Shown here: one piece after another, positions 50,547 through 62,300 of the stretch
Layout: each line of letters begins with the position of its first letter
Numbering within the stretch: position 1 is the stretch's first letter
Assembly: GCA_004431415.1 (NCBI GenBank)
Contig: QPMI01000507.1
Location: forward strand, 1 to 64,000
Reading direction: 5' to 3'
Origin: Cyanophora paradoxa CCMP329
Taxonomy: Eukaryota > Plantae > Glaucophyta
Length of the DNA: 64,000 nucleotides
Notes under the pieces: generated by a model
What the model was told of the DNA's origin: nothing
The model's database searches: none
The model's input: the letters and a program-made list of their open reading frames with translations, nothing else
Program-made: the position numbers and the translations under genes

Positions 50547-51382
50547 TCAGTGGCACTTGGCCTTGTCCTCGGGGGTGGGGCGCTCGAGGGTGACCCACTT
50601 GAAGCCGCCGGCCTTCAGCTTGCGCTTGCAGGAGCACTGCGAGTTCGTGAACCAGCCCGAGATCAGGCTCGCCGTCTGCGCGCCCAGCGTCGGTCGCCGC
50701 TCGGACCCGCGCGCCGGCCCCCGCGTTCGAAGGGGAGATCTAGAGGCGGCAGGGCGCACGCCGTGGAGCTTCTTGTCGATGCTGGGGAGCGCCGTCTTGA
50801 CGTCCTTCAGAAAGTCCGCGTCGCACTTGCAGTTCAGGTACTTCCCGCCCTGGTTCGCGTCGTAGCACCGGTCGTGCCTGCAGCGCGGGGCGTGCGGTCA
50901 GCGCGGCGAAGCGCTAGCTGCATACGGAAGGAGACGATGCGCTGGCTAGCTTTCTCTTGACGGGAGCGACGGGCGCGAGCTAGCCACGGAGGCACACTCT
51001 CCGGAAGTTTCGAGGCGGGCCACTCACTCCATGCACGCGCGGTCGAGTGCGTCGACGGGCTCCGTTTCGTAGGTGCCATCGCCGTGGTTCGGCCCGCACT
51101 GCGCGCGCGAGTCAGGCCCGCGGGCTGACAGGTCCGCCGCGCCGCCAGCTAAGCAACCGCCCCGCGCGCGGGGGCAGCTATCGCGCTCGTTGCGGCCAAC
51201 AGAAGATCCGCTACCGCTCTGATCGCTAGGGAGCTCCGCGGCGAGACGGCTAGCTATCGGGAGCTGTGTTCGCGCACGTAGTGACCGTGCAGCTTCATGG
51301 TGAACCCGCTGAAAGGGTTGTCATTCGCCGCGGCGAGCGAGAGCACCGCGAGGCCCAGGAGGAGAACCACGGCGGCGCGCAT
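50547..51382 (-). CDS. Secreted phospholipase A2 (sPLA2 fold)
   Basis: Signal peptide MRAAVVLLLGLAVLSLAAA. Ca-loop LHGHY/CGPNHG. Catalytic PVDALDRACME/HDRCYD. LNCKCDADFL. Confidence 0.9.
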
Positions 51383-51646
51383 CACTTGCTTGAGGTAGGA
51401 CTACCCTGGCCCGGTGACCCCCCCCACCCCCGTCTATCTTTCGTTCGCACTCGAGCTCCTTCAGCATCGCGCCGGCGCCAGCGTCGCCTCGCGCACCCTC
51501 GAGCTCCGCTAGACCTGATATTATCTATAGCCGCTTCACTACCGACCCGTGCTAGCGGGCTCTCTAGATCGCGGCTAGCGCTCGTGCACGCGTACGTGCG
51601 AAGGCCGAAAAATTTCTAGTCGAATGGGGCCGGCCCGGCGGGTCGA

Positions 51647-52935
51647 TCAGGCGCGGGTGCCAAGGAGGGCGAGGACGGCGGCGAAGTCGCTCCTCTTGAA
51701 CGGCTGCCGGCGCCCGTCAGCGCGATGGAGCCCTCGGAGGGGCTGCAGCTGCAGGCCCTAGGGGGCCGGGCCCTCAAGATCTAGATTTAAAGCTTCGTTT
51801 CCAGCCGCGGCCGCGACGCCCTGGAACTAGCACTAGATCTGGATCGGACCCGCCCGCGGCCGCCCTATATATATATAGCTAGGCGCAGGGCCCCGGCCCG
51901 GGCCCCGGGCGCCCCGCGCTCGCCTTGGAGATGTAGGCGCGCATCCCCGCCCGCGTGTGGGCCCCGCGCGCCCCGCGCTCGCCTTGGAGATGTAGGCGCG
52001 CATGCCGGCCCGCGTGCACTCCTCCTGCACGCCCCCGACCTGCCGCCCCGCCCCGCCCCGCTCAGCACTCGCGCGCCGCTAGCTGCAGCTCGCCGGGGCG
52101 GGCGGGGGCGGGCGCACGACGTCGGCGGTGACGGCGCAGACGAGGGGCGGCGGGCGCCCGATCGCCGCCGCGTGTGCCAGGATGCGCTGCGTCGCCTCGA
52201 TGCCGCCCATCACCGGCCTGGTCGCGATCGCCGGCCCCGCGCCCCGCCGGCGTCAGGCACGGGAGGAGAGCGCCGGGGAGGGGAGGGAGGGAGGGGGCTG
52301 ACATGTGGAGGTCCATGAAGACGAGGCGGGCGGCCGCCGGGTCCCGCCGGTACGCCTCCACCGCCTCCGCACCTGCCCGGGCCTCGGCGCCGGCGGGGCG
52401 GCGCGGGGCGGGCGGCGGAGGACCGTTGGAGTGGACGGCGACGGTGCGGCAGCCGAGCGCCGCGAGGAGCTTCGCGATCAGCTGCCGGCCCGTCAGCGCG
52501 GCCGCGCCGCCCCGCGCCGCCCCGAGCGGGCCGCCGCGGAGGCGCGGGGCACCTTCTGGTTGACGGCGTTGTCCTCCACGACGAAGACGCCGACGCCCTT
52601 GCCCTCGCACGCCGCCTCGGGGGCCGCCGCCGGCCCGCGGGGGCGGCGGCACCCGGCGGCTGCTCCTCCTCCGGGCGGGGAGGATGCGCGCGAGGGCGCG
52701 CCGCAGCTTGGCGAGGGTCAGCGGCTTGCGGCACCTGCGCCTTGGTCAGGGCGGGGCGGGGCGGCAGGGGGGCGGGGGCGCGCCATGTGGTCGGAGGGGC
52801 GGGGCGAGGCCTCCTCGCGTTCGCGCTCGGCGGCCCCGCCGGCGGCGGACCGGCCGCGGAGACGAGACGGACGGCGCCGTCGTCGCAGCTCGCGATTGCC
52901 GGGCCCGGCGGAGGCGCGGCGGGCGGCGGTGGCAT
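51647..52935 (-). pseudogene. Partial duplicate of the histidine-kinase 3' end: stand-alone receiver-domain gene or pseudogene
   Basis: ~51640-52850 is nearly identical to ~59320-60380, introns included ([28 protein letters not shown]). It has a different 5' end, a 2-nt loss at ~52733 and a tandemly duplicated exon end at ~51908-52003. Confidence 0.7.
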
Positions 52936-53702
52936 GGGGCTCGCCGGATCCGGACGGGGCGTTTTTGCAGGCGCGGCGGGCGGCGGCGGGGCTCGCTATA
53001 CATGCGGGCGGAGGCGCGCGGCGAGCCCTTTTCTTTGTTAACGTTCAACCTCAGATAGATTCGAGTTTGAATCATTGCAATTTGCAAGTGAATATTGATT
53101 TATAATGATATAATGAGCAGCTGCAGGCCTAGGCCTAGGCCTGGACCTCGAGCTTCTCGGGGGCACTATAGCTAGGCTAGCGCTGCGCCGGGGCGGCGCG
53201 GCCGAGCCCAATTTCAACTGCCAGCTGCAGCCGGGCCTAGCAGATGGCCCGGGCGGCCATGGGAGGGAATCGAAGGGGGGGGGGGAGGGGGGAGGGGGAG
53301 GGGGGAGGGGAGGGGGAGGGGGGGGGAAGGGGGGAGGGAGCGGGGGCGTCAGGCAAGGGCGGCCTCGTAGGCATCGGGGAAGTAGTAGGAAAGGACGGAG
53401 GCGTAGCGGTGCACGGCCCCGTACGCGATCACCACCGGTGGAATGAACCTGCCCAACGCCCGCGCGCGCGCAGCTCAGGTGAGCCGAGCCAGGCGACAGA
53501 GCGGCGAGGCCGGTTGCCGCGGCCGGGCCGGGCCGGGGTGCAAGCTCCAACACTAGAGCTAATCTTAATTTGCGAAGCGCGTGCACGCACATGCAGGCCA
53601 GGATCCACTTGTTGGCGACGAGGAACCCCCACCCCGTGGACCCCTGTTCGAGCAGGCGGCGTCGGACACAACGTCAGGCTGCAGCTCGTGATCGAGCTGA
53701 AA

Positions 53703-56700
53703 TCAAAACCGGCGCCGGCGCGGGGGAATCGGCACCATCGGCAGCGCGCGGGCGGCCTTCAAGCGGAGCTCGCGATCGCGCGCGGTTTCCGAGGCCTCCG
53801 GATCCGGGTCCGGCTCCGGATCCGGGCTAGCGCTGGGGCGGAAGTAGAGAGCGGCGGCGAGCCAGACGACGGCGACGACGAGGATCGAGGCGCAGGCCGC
53901 GCCGGCAATGGCCGCCGCCTGCTGCTCGGGGAGCACAGCGGGGCCGTAGGGCCACAGGAAGCGCGCGGGGCCGTAGCGGCAGGCCGCCAGCCACAGGAGA
54001 AAGTGCACGGCGGCCAGGATGCTGATGACGGCCTGCGCGTATGCATGCAGGCGGCGCCTCGTGAGGAGGGGCGGGATGCGGTGGGGAGATTGGAGGGCGT
54101 GGGAGGTCGCCTGGATGAGGAAGACGGAGTAGCCGGCCTCGGCGGCGAGGGCGCGCGAGAGGGGAAGCTCCTCACCCTCGAGCCCCGCGCTCCCTGCGGC
54201 GCCGGCGCCGCATCGTGAGCTCGGGCTCGAGCCGGAGCAGGCGGGCGGGCGGCGGGCGGGGGAGGGGGGGGGGGGGGGCGGGGCGGGCGGGGCGAGGTGG
54301 GGGCGAGGGGGGCACCGGCCGCGGGGCGCCGGGCGCGCCCGAGGAGCACGGAGGCGAGCTCGCGGAGGACGCGGAGGACGTGGCGCCGCGCAAAGAGGCG
54401 CCCGAAGAGCGGCAGCACCAGCACCGCCACGTCCTGCACCCCGCCCCGGCCCCAAACCGCCGCGAGACCGACTCGTCGTCAGCGATAACATCGCGATCAA
54501 GCAAGCAATATAAGATCTTATAATATTATGTTGAATTTTGGATTAGGACGTGAAGGGGGCGAGGGCGGGGGGCCGCGATCGCGAGGGGCGCAGCCGCGCG
54601 CGGCGGGCCGGGGCGAGGGGGCGGGCGCGCGGGCCGGGGGCGGACCGTGGCGACGGAGACGGCGAGGACGGCGGGGTCTCCCGCCTTGAAGGAGATGGCA
54701 AACCGGAAGCTCTTGTGGAGGTACTGCGCGATCGCGAGGCGTTGGCGCGAGGGGCGGTAAGAGTGAGAGGGACGAGTGTAGAGGCAGGCACCATGAAGGT
54801 GGCGGCGACGATGAGGGGGGCCTGGCCGGCGGGGAGGAGGCCGGCAAGGTACTCGCGGAAGGCGCGCAGCAGGGCGAGCGAGAGGAGGAAGAAGGCCGCG
54901 TTGTAGGAGAGGTTGATCACCACCTGCGCGGCGAGCGGTGCGAAATTGTGATTATAGTTAATTCAATACTCGTCGAACGCTGATCGATCATCATGATCGT
55001 GAATGCTGAATTAGAACCGAACGCCGAGCGCGCGGCCGCGAAATCTAGAGCACCTGGACGACGGGCAGGGCCCGGGGCGGAGCAGGCCGCAAAGAGCGCC
55101 ACGTAACTGCCGGTCAAGGGACACCGGTGGGCCGCGGCGGGCACGAGCGCGCTCTAGATCTTCTCTCTTTTAAAAAGGTTTGTAAACATAGCATTCGACC
55201 CAATTTAATTTATCCAGGGTTCGAAATCGAATTCGTAATTATTTGATTTCTCTGGGCCCGTGCGCACGAGAACTGGAAGTAGACGGTGAGGTTGATCGCT
55301 GTGGTAAGGTGTGGAAGCAGACGGTGAGGTGTGGAAGAAGAGTTTAAATCGAAGTTTAAGCATAAGCTCCAGGTCAGGGGTCGGACCCGTGTGGAAGGTG
55401 GCGAAGGTGATCGTGTAGCGCAGCGGGTCCGCCGGCGGCCACGGCGCCGCCGCGGCAGAAGCGGCGGCGGTACCGGTGGCGGAGGTACCGGTGCGCGGCT
55501 CGAGCTCTCGATCGGGGGCGGGGGCGGGGCGGGGGCGGGGCGGGGCGGGGAGCTCGAGGGGCGGCCCGGGGCTGCCGGCGCTCGAGCTGCAGGGGCGGCG
55601 GCGGGGGCCGGGGCGGCGAGGAGGGCGAAGGCCGCCTGGAGGGCCTCCAGGTCCCACACCAGCGACGCCCGCCGCTCCCGCTCCCCCGCCCGGCCCCGCC
55701 TGCCAGCCCGCCCCCGAGAGCAGCGCCGAGAGCGGCCCCGCGCCGCCGCCCTCGGCCTCGCTCGGGACGGGCGACGGCGGGGCGAGCTCCGGACCCCCTA
55801 GGCCTTCCTCCAGCGGCACTCGCGGGGCGATCGCGAGGGCCCCGCCCGCGCCCCCCTCGAGCTCGCCCTCTCCCTCGCTGCTGCAGCTGCCGCCGGCCGC
55901 GGTACGTGTACCCTCCAAATCGGCCACGTGCACGCGCCGGCGAGACGCACCCGCCGTCCGATCTGCACGCAACGGGCCGCTGCCGCTGCCGCTGCCGCTG
56001 CCGCTGCCGCTGTCTGGGGATCCGGCCGCGGGCCCGGGCGGGAGGCGGCTGCCGGCCGGGCTGATTGTCAAATGAAGGAGGCGGGAACCTGAGGCGCCGC
56101 GGGCCCGGGCGCCGGCGCTCGAGCTCGTCGCGATCGGGATGGAGGGCGAATGCGAGGGCTCGGGGGCGACTGCGGCGGCGGGGGCGGCGGCGGGGCGGGG
56201 CCGGCCCCAGAAGGCGAGGTACGAGAAGAAGACGACGCATGTGACGGCGCCGGTGATCCAGGCCGTGCTGATGACCATGCCGAGGAGGGGCAGGCGCGTG
56301 AACCCGGGGACGACCCCCACGAGGAGGCGCATGGAGAGGAGGATGAGGGCGGCGATGAAGAGGTCGCTCCCCGCCGACTTGGCGATCGTCTCGCGGGGCG
56401 ACCAGCGCAGCGCCAGCGACATCAGCACGTTCAGCATCAGCGACGCCTGCGAGCCCGAGGGCGAGGGCGCGCCATGGATCAACTTCGAATTCGGCGGTGA
56501 TGCGGAGGGGCCGGGGGCGGGCCCGGGGCGTCGCACGGAGGAGGCCGAGCAGGCGAGGAGGGGGAAGGCCCAGGGCTCGGGGAGGAGGTGGTAGGGGACG
56601 AGGGCCCAGAGGACGAGCTGCAGCAGCGGCATGGCGAACAAGAGAGCGATCGTGCTCGCCTTGGCCCGGCCCGTTGCCCCGGCCTGCGTCTGCAAGGGGG

Positions 56701-57142
56701 CGACGGCGACGGCCGCTGCCGCTGCCGCTGCGGGGCCCCCGGCCAGCTGCAGGTCCACCTCGAGGGGCACGCCCAGAAGCATGGAAGGCGGGCCCGCGGC
56801 GTTGATCCGCGAGGCCGGCCGCGGCGGGGATCGCGATCGCGAGCTGGAGCGCGCGCCGCCGACGCCGCCCGACGCCGCGGAGCTGCAGGCTGCCTCGCTG
56901 GAGCTCGCAGCAACGTTGACGGGCCCCGTATTTGCATATGCATGGCCACATGCATCGACCTCCTCATGAATGTTGTGATCGATATCGCGGGCACGCGGCG
57001 GTCTGGAGTCCACGGCCAGCTCCTCGTCCAGCTCCACAACTGCGGCAGGGCCCGGGAGCCCCGGCAATCCATCTGACTCTAGATCTGCTGCAGCTGCAGC
57101 TGCCGCGGTACTGCCCAAGCCATTTGGCCGCGGGGGCATCAT
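53703..57142 (-). CDS. Multi-pass membrane protein of unknown function; boundaries approximate
   Basis: Hydrophobic helices in several exons, e.g. IALLFAMPLLQLVLWALV, LFIAALILLSMRLLVGVV, AWITGAVTCVVFFSYLAFW, AAFFLLSLALL, AVISILAAVHFLLWLAA, SILVVAVVWLAAALYF. Confidence 0.6.
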
Positions 57143-57578
57143 GATCAAGGCCGGAGAAGGCAGCCCCCAGCTGCATGCAGCTGCAGCTGCAGGCCTTGCA
57201 ATTGGCGCCGGCGGGTTGCAATCGCGTTGCAAAAACTTGCAATCGCAATTGCATAAATCTGATCATGAGCTCACGCCCGGCTGTACACGTACATGTACAT
57301 GTGCACGTGTGCAATTGCAAGCGGCGACATGCACAGATGCGCTACTCACGATGGTTGTCCGACGGATCCCGGATAAAGCGCGCGCTGGCTACGTTCCAGC
57401 CGTTTTACCGCGGCCGGATCCCGCCGGGCCGGAATCGGGATCTCGCGCGAGCCGCGGCGCCTCGCGATCGGCTCACAGGCTACCAGTAGCTATAGAAGGA
57501 CATGCACAGCCCGGCAGGCGATGGCCGCGCAGCTACGTATACAGCCGCGCCACTGCCATGCTGCGCGCGCCAGCTGTA

Positions 57579-57960
57579 CGGTAGACGACTTATATACCGC
57601 GCTGACTTAACTACTGCGCTACCAAATTACCGCGCTCGCGAACCCTCGTGGTTCCCGATACTGTGACTTGTATCCTCGTTGTGTACTACGAGTGGGTACG
57701 CCCACCGTAGATTTTTTAAAAAAAACAATTAAAAAATTACCGCGCTCAAAACTTTAATTTATAACGCGGTAATTATAATTTGGTAGTGCGGTAATTATAA
57801 TATTGTCTTTTGCTTAGATTTGCTAAGACTTTTGTATGGACCGTACCCCAAATTGATGAAAACGCGCTAATTTGGTGCCGCGCTAATTTAAAGCGCGCGC
57901 CTACCGGCGCCGAAATTTTAGAACGCGGTAATATGTGGCGCGGTATTTAAGTCGTCTACG
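57579..57960. mobile_element. Tc1/pogo-type MITE (~380 bp)
   Basis: TIR (G)TAGACGACTTA(T/A)ATACCGCGC at both ends, TA flanks, AT-rich interior with repeated AATTACCGCG in both orientations. Confidence 0.78.
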
Positions 57961-58447
57961 TATACGGTACTGCCACTGGGCCAGGGGCTGTCACAGTGTC
58001 TTTACGTATACACTGTGACATGTGCACCAGCTGCAGCCTGCGCATGCAGCAGCTCCGATCGCGATCGCGAGGCCTGCTAGCGCTGAGCTGATCCGAGGCT
58101 GATCCGATGATCATGATCATGATCAACTGCGCGTGCATATATATATGCATGCATATGCATGTGTGCAACACACTACTATGTGCACATGCCGGCGGCCGCC
58201 GGGCCGGCGCCTAGCTATATATAGCTGCTGCCAGCCTCAGAAGCTAAAGGGCCTGCTGACGTCGACGGGCAGCTGCCAGCTGACCATGGAGGCTGCAGCT
58301 GCTGCGCGGCATGCAGTGCACGTGCGCGGCGCTGCATGCCACTGATGCCAGGCTGGCGCCAGCTGGCGAAAATCACGCCTTCGAATCCCGCGGCATTAAT
58401 ATTCCCGCCCGCTCCACATAATTCAGATCGATCATGTCCCACGGACC

Positions 58448-58865
58448 CAGGGCTGTTAGCCGGAATATTCCAGCCTGGAACGTTCCCGGAATATTAGAAA
58501 ATTTCGAGAAAATTTTCGCGTCCCGTTTGCAGGGGGAAAATTTTAGGAAATTGAATATAATTTAATGATTATTTATTCATTTTCATCCCTTTTCTGCGCC
58601 CCCTCCCCCCCCTTCTGACCCCACCAGGGGCCTTGCATTTCCGTCTCCAAGCTCCAGAAGGCTGTATACTGTCTCTCAGAATGCTTAGTGTGATGTTATA
58701 AATTATCTTAGTGCTTCGCAGCTTTGAACGTGTGTCTGCGGTGCGCAACGCACGGTATTGAGAATTTTCCAGGATTTTGTGTGGTGGAATATTCCGGGAA
58801 CGTTCCCGGAATATTCCTCAAAATTTTCTGGTCCATTTTGGGGGGGTAAAATTTTGACAGCCCTG
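58448..58865. mobile_element. hAT-type MITE (418 bp)
   Basis: TIR CAGGGCTGT(T/C)A. Perfect 8-bp TSD CACGGACC at 58440-58447 and 58866-58873. Subterminal GGAATATTCC/GGAACGTTCC palindromes at both ends. Confidence 0.92.
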
Positions 58866-59322
58866 CACGGACCCGGGACCGTCGGACTCCCACCTTGCCT
58901 GTCACTGTAATACGTGACTGTATATATATACGCCCCCGCAGACTGGGCCGCAGTGCTGGAGTAGACTACCGGTATATATATAGCTAGAGGCTGTGGCCGA
59001 TAATTCACCAAAAAAAAGCCAGCTGGCGAAATTAAAAACAACCATGATCATGCAATTTCGTATTACCCGGGAAATCCCCCCCCCCATGGGGTTAGCAAAA
59101 ACAAAACACATATGCATCGAAATTTCACATTTTTCAGTTGATTTCCAGATTATATATGGTGCGAATTGATTTGTGGTTGCTTAGTTGACTTATAATATTA
59201 CTACGTACTCATGCAGGATACCTACGATTCACACAATTCGCGCTCACACACAATCGCGATTTAAAATTTGGGCCGGGGCCGGGGCGCGGCCGCCGCTCAC
59301 ACAATCGCCGTCGGGTCGATGA

Positions 59323-62300
59323 TCAGGGGTGGGCGCCGAGGAGGGCGAGGACAGCGGCGAAGTCGCTCCTCTTGAACGGCTGCCGGCGCCCGTCAGCGGG
59401 ATGGAGGGACTGCAGGGGGCCCTCTAGATCTACATCTAAAGTTTCGGCTCCAGCCGCGATGCACTGGCCCTGGCACTAGATCTGCAGCTGGAGCCGCCCC
59501 TGGCGCAGGGCTCCGGACCCCGCGCGCCCCGCGCTCGCCTTGGATATGTAGGCGCGCATGCCGGCCCGCGTGCACTCCTCCTGCACGCCCCCGACCTGCC
59601 GACCCGCCCCGGCCCGCCCCGCTCAGCACTCGCCGCCAGCTCGCCGGGGCCGCCGGGGGCGGGCGCACGACGTCGGCGGTGACGGCGCAGACGAGGGGCG
59701 GCGGGCGCCCGATCGCCGCCGCGTGTGCCAGGATGCGCTGCGTCGCCTCGATGCCCCCCATCACCGGCCTGCCCGCCGGCCCCGCGCCCCGCCGGCGTCA
59801 GGCACGGGAGGAGAGCGCCGGGGAGGGGGGGGGCCCACATGTGGAGGTCCATGAAGACGAGGCGGGCGGCCGCCGGTCCCGCCGGTACGCCTCCACCGCC
59901 TCCGCACCTGCCCCGGGCCTCGGCGGCGGCGCGGCGCGGCGCGGAGGGGCGGGGACCGTTGGAGTGGACGGCGACGGTGCGGCAGCCGAGCGCCGCGAGG
60001 AGCTTCGCGATCAGCTGCCGGCCCGTCAGCGCGGCCGCGCCGCCCGCGCCGCCCCGAGCGGGCCGCCCCGGAGGCGCGGGGCACCTTCTGGTTGACGGCG
60101 TTGTCCTCCACGACGAAGACGCCGACACCCTTGCCCTCGCACGCCGCCTCGGGGGCCGCCGCCGGCCCGCGGGGGCGGCGGCACCCGCCGGCTGCTCCTC
60201 CTCCGGGGCGGGGAGGATGCGCGCGAGGGCGCGCCGCAGCTTGGCGAGGGTCAGCGGCTTGCGCAGCACCTGCGCCGCGGTCAGGGGCGGGGCGGGGCGG
60301 CAGGGGGCGGGGGCGCGCCATGTGCTCGGAGGGGCGAGGCGAGGCCTCCTCGCGGTCGCGCTCGGCGGCCCCGCCGGCGGAGGAGGCGGCCGACGCGGCG
60401 GAGGGGCGGCGGGCGGCGGGGGCGGGCCCCGGGGCGCCCGAGGCGAGGAGGAGGACGCGGGCGGCGCGGCAGCCCGGGAGGGAGGAGGCGACGAAGGCGG
60501 CGAGGGCGGGCGCCGGGTGGCTGGCGGCGACCCCCAACAGCACGGCCCGCACCTCGGGCCGCCCCGCCGCCTCGTGCTCCTCCTCCCAGTGCGCCAAGCT
60601 GCGGGGCAGAGGAGCTCAGAGCAGAGCAGAGCCGAGAAAGGGAGAGGGCGAAGTGCGGGCCTGGGGACGGCGTGCACGGTGGCGCCCATCTCGCGCAGCA
60701 GCGCCGCGCACATCTCCCGCACCTGCGGGTACGCGAGCGTTGGGGGGGGGGTGGAGGGTGGGGGGGGGGAGGCGGAGTGGGGGAGGGGTACTTTGGGGGA
60801 GGCGTCGGCGACGACGACGGGGCAGGGGGCCGGGAGGGCCCCGGGGCGGGGGAGGACGACGGGGGAAGACGACGAGGGGCCCCGGCCCGGGCCCGGGGCG
60901 GCGCCGAGGGCGAGGCGGGCGGTGAAGTAGAAGACGGAGCCGACGCCCTCCTCGCTCTCGCACCTGCGCGCCCGGGGTCAGAGGGGCCGGCGGGGAGGCG
61001 GGCGCGCGGGGGCGGGGGCGGGGCGGGCCAGATGTCGCCGGCCATGGCGCGGCAGAGGGCACGGGAGATGGAGAGGCCGAGGCCGGAGCCGCCGTGCCGC
61101 CGCGTCGCCGAGTCGTCCACCTGGGCGAACGGCCGGAAGAGCTTCGGGATCTGCCCCGAGGGGATCCCGATCCCTGCCGCCCCGCGCGGTGAGCGGCCGG
61201 GGCGGGCGCCCGCGTCGAGCCTGGGGCGCGGGGCGGGGCGGACCCTGGTCGTGCACGGCGAAGAGGAGCTCCACCGAGTCGGCGGGGGCGGGGGCCCCGG
61301 CGGGGGCCGCTGGGCGCACGCCGGCGGCGGGCGAGGGCGGGCCCGAGGCCGGCCCCCGCACCGAGACCCGCACCCACACGTCCCCCCGCTCGCTGAACTT
61401 GAGCGCTGCGCCCGCCGCCTAAGCCGAGCAGCCCGGGCGCGGAGGCGGCGCGGGGCCGGGGGGTACCGTTGGAGAGGAGGTTGATGAGGACCTGCTTGAG
61501 GCGCACCTCGTCCCCCACCAGCTCCCGGGGCACCCCTGCGCTGCCTCAGGGGGGGCCCGGGTGTGGGGCCCGAGGGGGCGGGGCGGAACCGGGGTCGATG
61601 AGGAAGGAGAGCTCGACGGGGGGCCGCAGCTGCGCGCGCCCCTCAGAGCGGGCGGGGCGGGGGCCCGCGGGGGGCCCTCCCCGCCGCCCCGGGCTTCTAA
61701 TCTAGGTTGCAGGGAGAGCTGTGGAGGTGCTCTAGGTGGCGACATCGAGGAGGGGCTCGAGGAGGGGCTCGAGCTCGAGTCGGGGCAGCGGGGCGGGGCG
61801 GGGGCGGGGCACCTGGGAGGCGACGACGCCGACGGCGGCGTCGAGGAGGGCGGGGAGGTCGAAGGGGCGCGACGCCAGCTCCACCCCCGCGCTCTCGATC
61901 TGCCCCCGCCCCCCAGCCCCGGTCAGCGGCCGGGCGGGACGCCGCGCCCCACCTCCCCCGCAAAACGCGCCTTGGCGTAGTCGAGGATGTTGTTGACGAG
62001 GGCGAGCAGCGCCTGCCCGGGGGTGAGGGCGGGGGCGGGGACGGGGGCGGGGGGGGGGGGGGGGGGGGGGCGGCGGGGCGGGCCTCGCCGCAGGAGGCGA
62101 GGGTGTCGACGAGCTCGCGGGCCTCGTCGGAGAGGCCCGGCTCCCCCGCCAGCAGCGCCGCGCTCCCGATCGTCCCGTTCAGCGGCGTCCTCATCTCGTG
62201 GGAGATGACCGAGAGGAAGCGGGACTTGGCGCGGGAGGCCTCCTCCCTGCCCGCCCCGTCCCCGCTCGGACCAAGCGGGGCGGGGCGGGGCGGGGCGGGC

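Noticed and set aside
59865-59885. Frameshift inactivating the kinase receiver domain
   Set aside because: A single-base loss in a G/C run relative to the duplicate. Similar indels elsewhere suggest assembly error, and it cannot be called without reads.
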